Part shown: positions 18,710 through 27,289 of the stretch, piece after piece
Position numbering within the stretch: position 1 is the first letter of the stretch
Layout of the letters: every line of letters begins with the position of its first letter
NCBI GenBank assembly: GCA_947630235.1
Contig: CANRGN010000022.1
Span: 1-31,930, forward strand
DNA: 31,930 nt
Source: an uncultured Clostridia bacterium
GTDB lineage: Bacteria > Bacillota > Clostridia > TANB77 > CAG-508
Direction of reading: 5' to 3'
Notes under the pieces: generated by a model
The model's input: only the letters and a program-made list of their open reading frames with translations
Database searches by the model: none
What the model was told of the DNA's origin: nothing
Position numbers and translations under genes: made by a program

Positions 18710-20353
18710 ATGCTTTTTTCAGGATTAATGGTGGTTGATTATTATAGAGAATATAATGATATTATTTTAAAGAATATAATAGATACTAATATTAATGTAA
18801 ATTTATCTATGTTTTATGAAAAACAGGATAATTATAAAATAATAAAAGATTTAACATATTATATTGGAAATGTTGGAGTAGATTTAAAGGATAATGGTGA
18901 TAATAGAAATGATATAGATATTGCTGCATTTTCTTATCAAGATGCTAAGTATATTAGAAAAGAGCTTCAAGTTAATAATGAAGATTTTTATTTTTTGTTT
19001 TTATACATAGTTGTATATGCAGAAGCTGAAAGAGAATTAAATTTTTTACTAAATAAAGTTGAAGGAATATTGCAATCTTCTGGTTTAATAACAAGAAGAG
19101 CAACCTTTAGGCAAGAGCAAGTATTTAAAGCTTGTTTACCAATCCAGGAAAATTCTATAGATATAAAAGAAGTAAGTAAAAGAAATATTTTAACAAGTGG
19201 TATGGTTTCAACATTTCCATTTGTATCATCTAATATTTTTGATGAAAATGGAGTTTTTATGGGAACTAATCTTTATAATAATTCTTTAGTTTTTATAGAT
19301 AGATTTTCTAAAGAAAAATATAAAAATGCAAATATGTGTGTATTTGGTACAAGTGGTGCTGGAAAATCCTTTTTTATCAAATTACAAATTTTAAGATATT
19401 GGATGTTTGGAATTGATCAATATGTAATAGATCCTGAGCATGAATATTATAAAATAGCAGAAAGTTTAAATGGAACTTTAATAAAAATTGGCCCAACAAG
19501 TAATACTTTTGTAAATATTTTTGATATAAGAGAGGATTCTATTGAAGAAGGAAATGGTTATTTAGCTACTAAATTAAACAAATTGAAGGGATTTTTCTCA
19601 TTAATATTTGAAGATTTAAATGATGAAAAATATTCTATATTAGAAAATAAAATAATAAAAATGTATCAAAAAAAAGGAATAAATTTTGATGATTCTAGTT
19701 TATATAGAGATAATAAATTTAAAACTAGTGAAGAAATGCCTATTTTAGAAGATTTATATAATGAATTTTCTCCTGAAGATAATTATTATAAAAATAAATT
19801 AAATATTTTTATAAATGGAAGTTTAAGTTTTTTTAATAACAAAACTAATGTTAATCTAGATAATAAACTTATTATTGCAGATATTTATGAATTAGGTGAA
19901 GATAATTTAAAATATGGAATGTTTATTTTTGTAGATTTGTTTTGGGATAAAATTAAAAAAGAAAGAAATAAAAATAAAGCAATCTATTTAGATGAAATTT
20001 GGAGATTGATAGGTGTTGTTTCTAATAAAGAAGTTGCAAGTTTTATTTATAAAATCTTTAAAACTATAAGAAAATTTGGAGGAAGCAGTGTAGCAATTAC
20101 ACAAGATATTTCAGATTTATTTAGTTTAGATGATGGAATTTATGGAAAAAGTATTTTGAATAATTCAAATATAAAAACTTTCTTCTCTTTAGAAGAGGAA
20201 AATATATCAACTTTAGAAAAATACACTAATATTAGTGAAAAAGAAAAAGTAGAAATAAAATCTTTAAAAAGAGGAGAATGTTTAATGTTTGTTCAAGATA
20301 ATCATATTTTAGTAAAAATTGAATCATCAGATTTTGAAAAAGAATTAATATAA
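18710..20353 (+). CDS. VirB4-family T4SS ATPase, C-terminal ATPase part
   Basis: Walker A VFGTSGAGKSFF followed by VIDPEHEYY, Walker B AIYLDEIW, then RKFGGSSVAITQDISD and LKRGECLMF. Together these are the diagnostic pattern of Gram-positive VirB4 (CD1110/Orf16/PrgJ type). The reading frame is open from 18545. The upstream in-frame peptide IAPSYISNLNPKYLEIDS also looks VirB4-like, so coding probably starts by 18611-18614 (ATT) or by frameshift from the preceding ORF. Confidence 0.85.
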   Translation: MLFSGLMVVDYYREYNDIILKNIIDTNINVNLSMFYEKQDNYKIIKDLTYYIGNVGVDLKDNGDNRNDIDIAAFSYQDAKYIRKELQVNNEDFYFLFLYIVVYAEAERELNFLLNKVEGILQSSGLITRRATFRQEQVFKACLPIQENSIDIKEVSKRNILTSGMVSTFPFVSSNIFDENGVFMGTNLYNNSLVFIDRFSKEKYKNANMCVFGTSGAGKSFFIKLQILRYWMFGIDQYVIDPEHEYYKIAESLNGTLIKIGPTSNTFVNIFDIREDSIEEGNGYLATKLNKLKGFFSLIFEDLNDEKYSILENKIIKMYQKKGINFDDSSLYRDNKFKTSEEMPILEDLYNEFSPEDNYYKNKLNIFINGSLSFFNNKTNVNLDNKLIIADIYELGEDNLKYGMFIFVDLFWDKIKKERNKNKAIYLDEIWRLIGVVSNKEVASFIYKIFKTIRKFGGSSVAITQDISDLFSLDDGIYGKSILNNSNIKTFFSLEEENISTLEKYTNISEKEKVEIKSLKRGECLMFVQDNHILVKIESSDFEKELI

Positions 20354-20366
20354 CAAGGAGGAAATT

Positions 20367-21419
20367 TTGAAAAAAATAATTACAGTAAATGGTAATGAAG
20401 ATTTAAATAATATGTTAAGAAAATTTAATGATATAGAAGTAAAAGAAAGAGATATTTTTTATAAAGAAGGTGTTTTAGATTTTTTAGAGAAAGATTCAGA
20501 TTTAGATATTATAATTCTTAGTGAAGAGTTATTTGGTGATGAATTATTTGATTATTTAAAAAATATAAGCATTTATAAAATATCAATTTATATAATTACA
20601 AATAAAAAACATTATATGGAGGAATTTGAATCATTTTCAGATATAAAATTATTTAATACGGAGGAGGATATTATAGATGATTTAGAAAATAGTAATTATT
20701 CTCTTAATAAAAGTAATAATTGTTTGCTCAAAAATACCAAAAGGGTAATGTCTATTATAGGAAGTTATGGAGTAGGAAAAACAATTTTTTGTAGTCTTTT
20801 GGGAAAAACTTTAGCTAAAACAAATAAAGTATTATTAGTTAATTTTGATATTTTTAGTAATAACTTAAAATATCTATTTGATATAAAAAAGCAAATTACT
20901 TCTTATAGTATTGAATCATTAATAACAAAATCAAGTAAAAATTTATATATATTAAATGGAATAAAATATATATTTAATGAAACAAATAAAATAAATACAT
21001 ATAAAGTTAAAGAGTTATTAGATCAGCTTAAAAATAGTTTTGATTATATTGTAATAGATACATCAAGTGAAATTTCTTTAAAATATATTAAAACTATATT
21101 TCCAAATTGTGATTATAATATATTTTTAATAGAATCTAATTCATTAGAAATAAAAAAAGCAAAAGAATTATTAGAAATATATGTTATGGATTTTAATTTA
21201 GATTTAAATAAAACTGGGATATTCATAAATAAATATAATATTGATTCTATTGATACTAATATAATTAAGCAAATTTTTAAAGATATTAAAGTATTAGGGA
21301 AGGTAAATTATACTCCTAAAATTAATTCATATATAAATACTTATACTAAAAATAATATAAAAGTTGATGATATAGTAAATTTTAAAAAATATTTGAAGGG
21401 AGAGATAAAAAATAGATAA
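20367..21419 (+). CDS. Two-domain protein: an N-terminal receiver-like (pseudo-receiver) domain plus a ParA/MinD-superfamily P-loop ATPase, a CpaE/TadZ-like architecture
   Basis: TTG start 6 nt after the SD AAGGAGG. The central P-loop is VMSIIGSYGVGKTIFCSLLG, where SY replaces the KG of the deviant Walker A. Walker B is YIVIDTSSE. The N-terminal ~110 aa has an alternating beta/alpha pattern (KIITVNG..DLDIIILSE). Confidence 0.55.
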   Translation: MKKIITVNGNEDLNNMLRKFNDIEVKERDIFYKEGVLDFLEKDSDLDIIILSEELFGDELFDYLKNISIYKISIYIITNKKHYMEEFESFSDIKLFNTEEDIIDDLENSNYSLNKSNNCLLKNTKRVMSIIGSYGVGKTIFCSLLGKTLAKTNKVLLVNFDIFSNNLKYLFDIKKQITSYSIESLITKSSKNLYILNGIKYIFNETNKINTYKVKELLDQLKNSFDYIVIDTSSEISLKYIKTIFPNCDYNIFLIESNSLEIKKAKELLEIYVMDFNLDLNKTGIFINKYNIDSIDTNIIKQIFKDIKVLGKVNYTPKINSYINTYTKNNIKVDDIVNFKKYLKGEIKNR

Positions 21420-21519
21420 TTTAATAGTTAATGCTAGTAATAATGTTTTAGAAAATACTTTAAATAATAATTTAGAAAAAGCACAAAATAGTTTTTTAAA
21501 AAGTAAATTTGGAAATGTT

Positions 21520-22137
21520 GTGAATAATGCTTTAAATATTGGCTTAAAAGCTGTACTTCCAGATTTTGTCGAGGATCAAATTATTGATGTTAAAGATGCA
21601 ATATTACAAGATGGAGTAAAAGCTGGAATAAAAGAAGCAATTGATAGTTCAATTGATTTAGGAAAAAGCATAACAGGAATTTTTACTGGTAAATTTGATA
21701 ATATGAATCAGATTAATAATGTAGTTAAAAAAGGGGGATTAATTGATGCTGTTAATTCTGTTCTAGGAAAAGGAATTGATCTTGCCGTAGATAAAGGGAT
21801 AGTAAATAAAAGTGTAGGAAAAATTATAGAGAGTGGTAAAAAAACAATTTTAAAAAATGTAAGTAATAGTATAGAAAATACTTTAGAAAAACAAGTTACT
21901 TCAATTGAAAAATTAGATAAATATTGTGAAAATTGGAAGGAAGCGTATAATAATCAAGATTTATCGAATATGGATAAATATTATAAAAATATGAATAAAG
22001 AGCTTGAAAAAATAGTTCCACTTGAAACTACATTAAATAAAGCAAGAGAAATAGAAAATCTTCATAACTTAATAAAAAATAATGGAGGAAATTTTAATAT
22101 TTCAAAGGAAGAATTGGCTTTAGCACAAATTTTATAG
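21520..22137 (+). CDS. Hypothetical helical/coiled-coil protein, last gene of module 1
   Basis: The ORF has no recognisable motif, TM segment or signal peptide. The frame is open from 21409. The SD GGGAGAG (21398-21404) is followed by an in-frame ATA at 21412, giving a likely 241-aa product that overlaps the preceding stop codon. The GTG at 21520 has a poor SD. Confidence 0.5.
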   Translation: MNNALNIGLKAVLPDFVEDQIIDVKDAILQDGVKAGIKEAIDSSIDLGKSITGIFTGKFDNMNQINNVVKKGGLIDAVNSVLGKGIDLAVDKGIVNKSVGKIIESGKKTILKNVSNSIENTLEKQVTSIEKLDKYCENWKEAYNNQDLSNMDKYYKNMNKELEKIVPLETTLNKAREIENLHNLIKNNGGNFNISKEELALAQIL

Positions 22138-22160
22138 TATGTAAATTTTTGCAAAATTTC

Positions 22161-22189
22161 TTGATTTTTTCAAAATACTTTAATATAAT
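22161..22189 (+). promoter_or_regulatory. Candidate sigma-A promoter of gyrA
   Basis: TTGATT (22161-22166), a 17-nt spacer, then consensus TATAAT (22184-22189), about 38 nt upstream of the gyrA ATG. Confidence 0.55.
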
Positions 22190-22226
22190 ACAAGTGATTT
22201 AAAGTATAAGGAAAAGAGGATAATAA

Positions 22227-24665
22227 ATGGAAAGACAAGAAGAACGTATTATTGAAAGAAACATAGATTTAGAGATGAGAACTGCTTATATGGATTATGC
22301 AATGAGCGTTATAGTTTCTAGAGCTTTACCAGATGCTAGAGATGGTTTAAAACCTGTTCATAGAAGAATTCTATATACAATGCATGAGGATGGAATTACA
22401 TCAGATAAGCCATATAGAAAATGTGCAACTACTGTTGGAGATGTTTTAGGTAGATATCATCCACATGGTGATGCTTCTGTTTATGATGCTTTAGTTAGAT
22501 TAGCTCAAGATTTCTCCATGAGATATCAAATGGTTGATGGTCATGGAAATTTTGGATCAATTGATGGTGATGGTGCTGCTGCATATCGTTATACAGAAGC
22601 AAGAATGTCAAAAATATCTGAAAGAATGCTTGATGATATTGAAAAGAATACAGTGGATTTTATGCCAAACTTTGATGGAAGGTTATTAGAGCCTACTGTA
22701 CTTCCAGCAAAGATACCTGCATTGCTTGTAAATGGTTCATCAGGAATCGCTGTCGGTATGGCTACAAATATACCACCGCATAATTTAACTGAAGTGGTAA
22801 ATGGTATAATAAAAGTTATAGAAAATCCAGATGTTACTATTGAAGAATTAATGCAAATAATAAAAGGTCCAGATTTCCCAACAGGTGCTATGATTCTTGG
22901 AAGAGAAGGTATTAAACAAGCTTATACAACAGGAAAAGGAAAAATAAGTGTTAGAGCAGAAGCTGAAATTGAAGAAATGTCTGGAAATAAACAAAGAATA
23001 GTAGTACATTCACTTCCATATCAAGTTAATAAAGCTAAACTTATTGAGAATATTGCAGATCTTGTAAAAGATAAAAAAATTGAAGGAATTAGTGATATTA
23101 GAGATGAATCAGACAGAAAAGAAAAAGTAAGAATTGTAATTGAACTTAAGAGAGATGCAAGACCTCAAGTAATTTTAAATCAATTATATAAACATACGCA
23201 AATGCAAGATACTTTTGGTATAATAACTCTTGCTTTAGTAGATGGAAAACCTGAAATATTAACTTTAAGACAATGTTTAGATGTATATATAAATCATAGA
23301 AAAGAAGTAGTAGTTAGAAGAACAAAATTTGAACTTGAAAAAGCAGAAGCTAGAGCTCATATTTTAGAAGGCTTATTAATTGCTATTGATAATATAGATG
23401 AAGTTATAAAAATAATTCGTGAATCTTATGATGACGCTAAAGAAAGATTGATGGAAAGGTTTAAACTTTCAGATATTCAAGCACAAGCTATCCTTGATAT
23501 GCAACTTAAGAGATTATCTGGTTTGCAAAGAGAAAAATTAGAAGATGAATACAATGAACTAATGAAGCTTATTGCTTATTATAAAGAAGTTTTAGCTAAT
23601 GAATCTATGGTTTATGATATTATTAAAAAAGAATTATTAGAAATAAAAGAAAAATTTGGTGATGAAAGATTAACTAAAATAACAGCAGCAGAAGGTGAAT
23701 TTAATGAGGAAGATTTAATAAAAGAAGAACAAACTGTTGTTGCACTTACTCATTTTGGTTATATTAAGAGAATGCCAGTTGATACTTATAGATCACAAAA
23801 ACGTGGAGGAAAAGGTATAACAGGTATATCTACAAAGGAAGATGATTTTGTTAAATCAATTTTCACAGCTTCAACACATGATATAATTCTATTCTTTACA
23901 AATAAAGGAAAGATGTATAGATTACGTGGTTTTGAAATTCCAGAATGTGGAAGAACAGCTAGAGGTACTGCAATAGTTAATCTATTAAATCTTGATAGTG
24001 GAGAAAAAGTTTCTGCAATAATTCCTATTCAAAATTACGCAGATGGAAAATATATTTTAATGGGAACTAAAAATGGTATTGTAAAGAAAACACCGCTTAA
24101 AGAATATGACTCAAGTAGAACTACGGGATTATTAGGAATAACATTAAAAGAAGATGATGAACTTATAGATGTTAGATTAACTGATGGTGAAGATAATATA
24201 GTATTTGTTACTAGAAAAGGTTTATCTATAACATTTGATGAAAAAGATGTAAGACCAATAGGAAGAACTTCTCAAGGCGTTATAGCAATGAGGTTAGATG
24301 ATGATGATTTTGTTATAGGAATGGAACCTATTATTTCAAGAAGTAATGCTACTCTTCTTGCAATTACAGAAAATGGATTTGGAAAGAGAACAGAACTGGA
24401 TGAATATAGAGTTCAAAATAGAGGAGGAAGAGGTGTTATTACTTATAAAATTACACCAAAAACAGGTGATATTGTAGGAATAAAAGTTGTTAATGGAAAT
24501 GAAGATGTAATGCTTATTACTGATACAGGAACAATTATTAGAATGAAGGTTGAAGAAATAAGTATTCTTGGAAGATCAACACAAGGAGTAACACTTATGA
24601 GAACAAACGATGGAAAAGTAGTAAGTATTGAAACAATTGAGCCTGAAAATGAAGATGAAGAATAA
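22227..24665 (+). CDS. gyrA: DNA gyrase subunit A
   Basis: 812 aa with N-terminal YMDYAMSVIVSRALPDARDGLKPVHRR, the catalytic Tyr region AAAYRYTEARM, the QRDR-like HPHGDASVYDALVRLAQ and C-terminal beta-pinwheel repeats. Confidence 0.97.
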   Translation: MERQEERIIERNIDLEMRTAYMDYAMSVIVSRALPDARDGLKPVHRRILYTMHEDGITSDKPYRKCATTVGDVLGRYHPHGDASVYDALVRLAQDFSMRYQMVDGHGNFGSIDGDGAAAYRYTEARMSKISERMLDDIEKNTVDFMPNFDGRLLEPTVLPAKIPALLVNGSSGIAVGMATNIPPHNLTEVVNGIIKVIENPDVTIEELMQIIKGPDFPTGAMILGREGIKQAYTTGKGKISVRAEAEIEEMSGNKQRIVVHSLPYQVNKAKLIENIADLVKDKKIEGISDIRDESDRKEKVRIVIELKRDARPQVILNQLYKHTQMQDTFGIITLALVDGKPEILTLRQCLDVYINHRKEVVVRRTKFELEKAEARAHILEGLLIAIDNIDEVIKIIRESYDDAKERLMERFKLSDIQAQAILDMQLKRLSGLQREKLEDEYNELMKLIAYYKEVLANESMVYDIIKKELLEIKEKFGDERLTKITAAEGEFNEEDLIKEEQTVVALTHFGYIKRMPVDTYRSQKRGGKGITGISTKEDDFVKSIFTASTHDIILFFTNKGKMYRLRGFEIPECGRTARGTAIVNLLNLDSGEKVSAIIPIQNYADGKYILMGTKNGIVKKTPLKEYDSSRTTGLLGITLKEDDELIDVRLTDGEDNIVFVTRKGLSITFDEKDVRPIGRTSQGVIAMRLDDDDFVIGMEPIISRSNATLLAITENGFGKRTELDEYRVQNRGGRGVITYKITPKTGDIVGIKVVNGNEDVMLITDTGTIIRMKVEEISILGRSTQGVTLMRTNDGKVVSIETIEPENEDEE

Positions 24666-24682
24666 AAAATATTTTCAAATAA

Positions 24683-24716
24683 AAAATCCCAGATTTTAAT
24701 TTTATCTGGGGTTTTT
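24683..24716. terminator. Bidirectional rho-independent terminator shared by gyrA (+) and the dnaI-like gene (-)
   Basis: AAAATCCCAGAT-TTTAATTTT-ATCTGGGGTTTT, with an A-run on one side and a T-run on the other. Confidence 0.85.
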
Positions 24717-24756
24717 ATTTGAAAAATTTGTAATTTAATATTTAAAATAAAGTTAT

Positions 24757-25773
24757 TTATTTAACTCTTAATTTTATTCTTAAATCTTCTCCAAAAAATC
24801 TTAATACTCTATAGTTTCCTGCAAGCCTTGAGCCTATTCTTGGAGTATAAACTTTAACTAATTCATCAATAGTAAGATTAGTTGAAATAATTGTTTTCGT
24901 AGATTTATGGTTAAAGTTTAATAAACGTGTATTTATTATAGTAAATAATTCAGAAATTTTTGATTCCGTAATTTTTTCAGTTCCTAAATCGTCGATAATA
25001 AGTAAATCTACATTATATATATTATCTAATAAATCAATATTAGTATTTTCTTTACCAAATTTTGCATCTTGTATATTATCAAACATAACTGGTGCAGTTT
25101 GATATAAAACGGTTTTTCCATTTTGTAAAATTTCTTTTGCAATACAATTAGATAAAAATGTTTTCCCAAGACCAGTATTTCCAGTAAATAAAAGGTTTTG
25201 TTCTAAAGGATCATCAAAATTTTTTATAAAATTCCATGCTTTTTCTCTTAATAATTCTATATTATCTTTTGGAGATATATCTGATTTATATAATTCAGGA
25301 TTTGTTTTATTTGAAAATAATCTAGAATTAAAAGTAGAAAAATTTTCTCTTTCTAAATTGCCTATATTTGATTTATTGTAATATATATTAAATATTTTTT
25401 GTTTTAAACAACTACACATAACTGTTTTGTTTTCTTCTTGTATATATCCTGTATCTTCACATTTTTTACATTCAAAATAAGGTGATAAATAATCAGAAGA
25501 TTTTGATAATTGTTTTAATATTGAATTTTTTTCTTTTATAATTTTTTTATTATGTTTTTCTAAATCTTTTAGAATTTTTGATTTTTCATTTTCATTAGAA
25601 TTAAGTAATGTAATAGAAGTTTTTATAGAAATATTTGCAAGTTCTTTTTCAATTTCAGAAAGTTTTGGATTTATAGTTAGAAGCTCGAATTTCCTTTTTT
25701 CTGCATCATTTATAGCTTTTTGTCTTTTTAAATTATATTCTCTTAAAATTTGTTTTAAAATTATTGTATCCAA
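24757..25773 (-). CDS. dnaI: DnaI/DnaC-type replicative helicase loader ATPase
   Basis: 338 aa with an N-terminal Cys cluster CKKCEDTGY..MCSC, AAA+ Walker A GNTGLGKTFLSNCIAKE and Walker B LLIIDDLGTE. Confidence 0.8.
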   Translation of the reverse strand: MDTIILKQILREYNLKRQKAINDAEKRKFELLTINPKLSEIEKELANISIKTSITLLNSNENEKSKILKDLEKHNKKIIKEKNSILKQLSKSSDYLSPYFECKKCEDTGYIQEENKTVMCSCLKQKIFNIYYNKSNIGNLERENFSTFNSRLFSNKTNPELYKSDISPKDNIELLREKAWNFIKNFDDPLEQNLLFTGNTGLGKTFLSNCIAKEILQNGKTVLYQTAPVMFDNIQDAKFGKENTNIDLLDNIYNVDLLIIDDLGTEKITESKISELFTIINTRLLNFNHKSTKTIISTNLTIDELVKVYTPRIGSRLAGNYRVLRFFGEDLRIKLRVK

Positions 25774-25791
25774 AACTAACCAAACTCCTTA

Positions 25792-26751
25792 TTAATTATC
25801 ATATAAAAAACTTAAATTATCAAAAGTACTTTGAGTAAATTCAAAATTATTAGAAATATTATCTATTTTTTTAGTTTTTGATTTTTTTTCAGTTACACTA
25901 TTTAAATGATTTTGTATATCTGAAGGTGTAGTATATTGTTTATCGTGCCAATCTGTTAAAATTTTATCATAATAAGCAAATCCAGCATTGGTAGTATTTG
26001 TAGAACGTTGAAGTGCTAATGTAATTATTTCCATTCCATAACCAAATTCTTGATTCCATTTCTCAACATATTCTTCTTCAAATGTTGTTAAAGGTCTGTT
26101 TAAGCGTAATTTATTAGAGATTTCTTTTTTTAGTGTATTTGTTTTTTCTCTTTTTGCAAAATACATATCTAAATCGTCAAATGTTTTTATATTACATTTA
26201 TACCAACCGTCTGCAACAGTAGTTAAATATTTTATATGTAAAGCTCTTTTGTCATACGCATAGTTAAATAAAGCTAGCATAACTTGATCATCAAATCCGT
26301 ATTTATTAAATAACATATCAATATCAGTATACCAAGTTGGAGACATAACACCTTGAAAAAATTGATTGTTAATACATTCAATTGTATGTGCTCTTTCTTT
26401 ACTCTTTTCAGTATTTTTCATATCTTCTGGTGAAGATGTAAGTTTAGGATTATAAAGTTTTGAAAGTTCAATTTCCTGGAGATTAGCAAGCGAATATCCC
26501 GTAGGGTTTTTTATAAGTAAACCTTGCTCTTCCCAAAACTTAATAGCATCTTGAACAGTAGGATAAGATAATGACAATGATTTTGAAAGTTCATTTATAT
26601 TTATATCTTTATTATAATTAGCTAAAAACACCATATAAAAATATACTTTAACAAAATCGCCACTTGCTATTTGCATATATTCTGTAAAAAAAATGTCTGG
26701 TATTTCAGTAGATGAAAATAAAACTGACTTTTCTTTTGCTTCTAATTTCAT
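25792..26751 (-). CDS. DnaD/DnaB-like replication initiation protein (winged-helix N-domain plus two DnaD-type C-domains)
   Basis: 319 aa. The DnaD-domain signature is repeated (YLTTVADGWYKCNIKT and YYDKILTDWHDKQYTT). It forms an operon with the dnaI-like gene. Confidence 0.75.
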   Translation of the reverse strand: MKLEAKEKSVLFSSTEIPDIFFTEYMQIASGDFVKVYFYMVFLANYNKDININELSKSLSLSYPTVQDAIKFWEEQGLLIKNPTGYSLANLQEIELSKLYNPKLTSSPEDMKNTEKSKERAHTIECINNQFFQGVMSPTWYTDIDMLFNKYGFDDQVMLALFNYAYDKRALHIKYLTTVADGWYKCNIKTFDDLDMYFAKREKTNTLKKEISNKLRLNRPLTTFEEEYVEKWNQEFGYGMEIITLALQRSTNTTNAGFAYYDKILTDWHDKQYTTPSDIQNHLNSVTEKKSKTKKIDNISNNFEFTQSTFDNLSFLYDN

Positions 26752-26915
26752 TTGTTAACCCCCGCATATAAATTTAAGCAACAAAAACGCGGGTATTAAT
26801 TACTCCGCATTTTTTTCTTAAATTCATCTTTTGTGTTTTGTTGATTATACCATTAACATTAGATAAAAACAATAAATTTTTTAATAAATTTTTTAGTTTT
26901 AAATTAAAAAATTAA

Positions 26916-26955
26916 CCACTTACTTACATCAAGTTTTTATGATGAAAGTAAGTGG
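26916..26955 (-). terminator. Probable terminator of the DUF1858 gene
   Basis: 10-bp stem CCACTTACTT/AAGTAAGTGG with a 20-nt loop, followed on the minus strand by the T-rich TTAATTTTTTAATTT. Confidence 0.45.
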
Positions 26956-26977
26956 CCAATTCCCTAATTTTTGATAA

Positions 26978-27160
26978 TTAAGCATTTAATTTTTTCAATA
27001 AATCTTCAACATCTATTCCATGAACTGTACAAGCTTCTTCTAAAGTTTCAAATTGAGAAGCCATGCAACCCAAACAATGCATACCAGCTTCAAGAAGTAT
27101 ATCTGTTTTATCTGGGTAATTATTTAATAAATCAACAAGATTTATATCTTTTTCTATCAT
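26978..27160 (-). CDS. DUF1858-family small protein (hybrid-cluster-protein-associated redox disulfide type)
   Basis: 60 aa with the pattern LL..YP....IL...GMHCLGCMASQFETLEEAC..HGID...LL..LN, which is characteristic of DUF1858. The SD GGAGGAT lies upstream on the minus strand. Confidence 0.75.
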   Translation of the reverse strand: MIEKDINLVDLLNNYPDKTDILLEAGMHCLGCMASQFETLEEACTVHGIDVEDLLKKLNA

Positions 27161-27229
27161 TTTAATCCTCCATTCAATTTACTATAGTTAAATTCATTTT
27201 GTATTTTAACATAAAATTTAAAAAAAGTA

Positions 27230-27258
27230 TAGACAAATAAAAAAAAATGTTATATTAT
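27230..27258 (+). promoter_or_regulatory. Candidate promoter of T4SS module 2
   Basis: TAGACA (27230-27235), a 17-nt spacer, then TATTAT (27253-27258). Confidence 0.35.
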
Positions 27259-27289
27259 AATGAAAATTTAGAAAAGAGGTGGTTTAGCT

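Noticed and set aside
26971-27165. Plus-strand 64-aa ORF overlapping the DUF1858 gene
   Set aside because: The minus-strand product has the conserved DUF1858 pattern (GMHCLGCMASQFETLEEAC), an SD and a downstream terminator. The plus-strand translation has no recognisable features.
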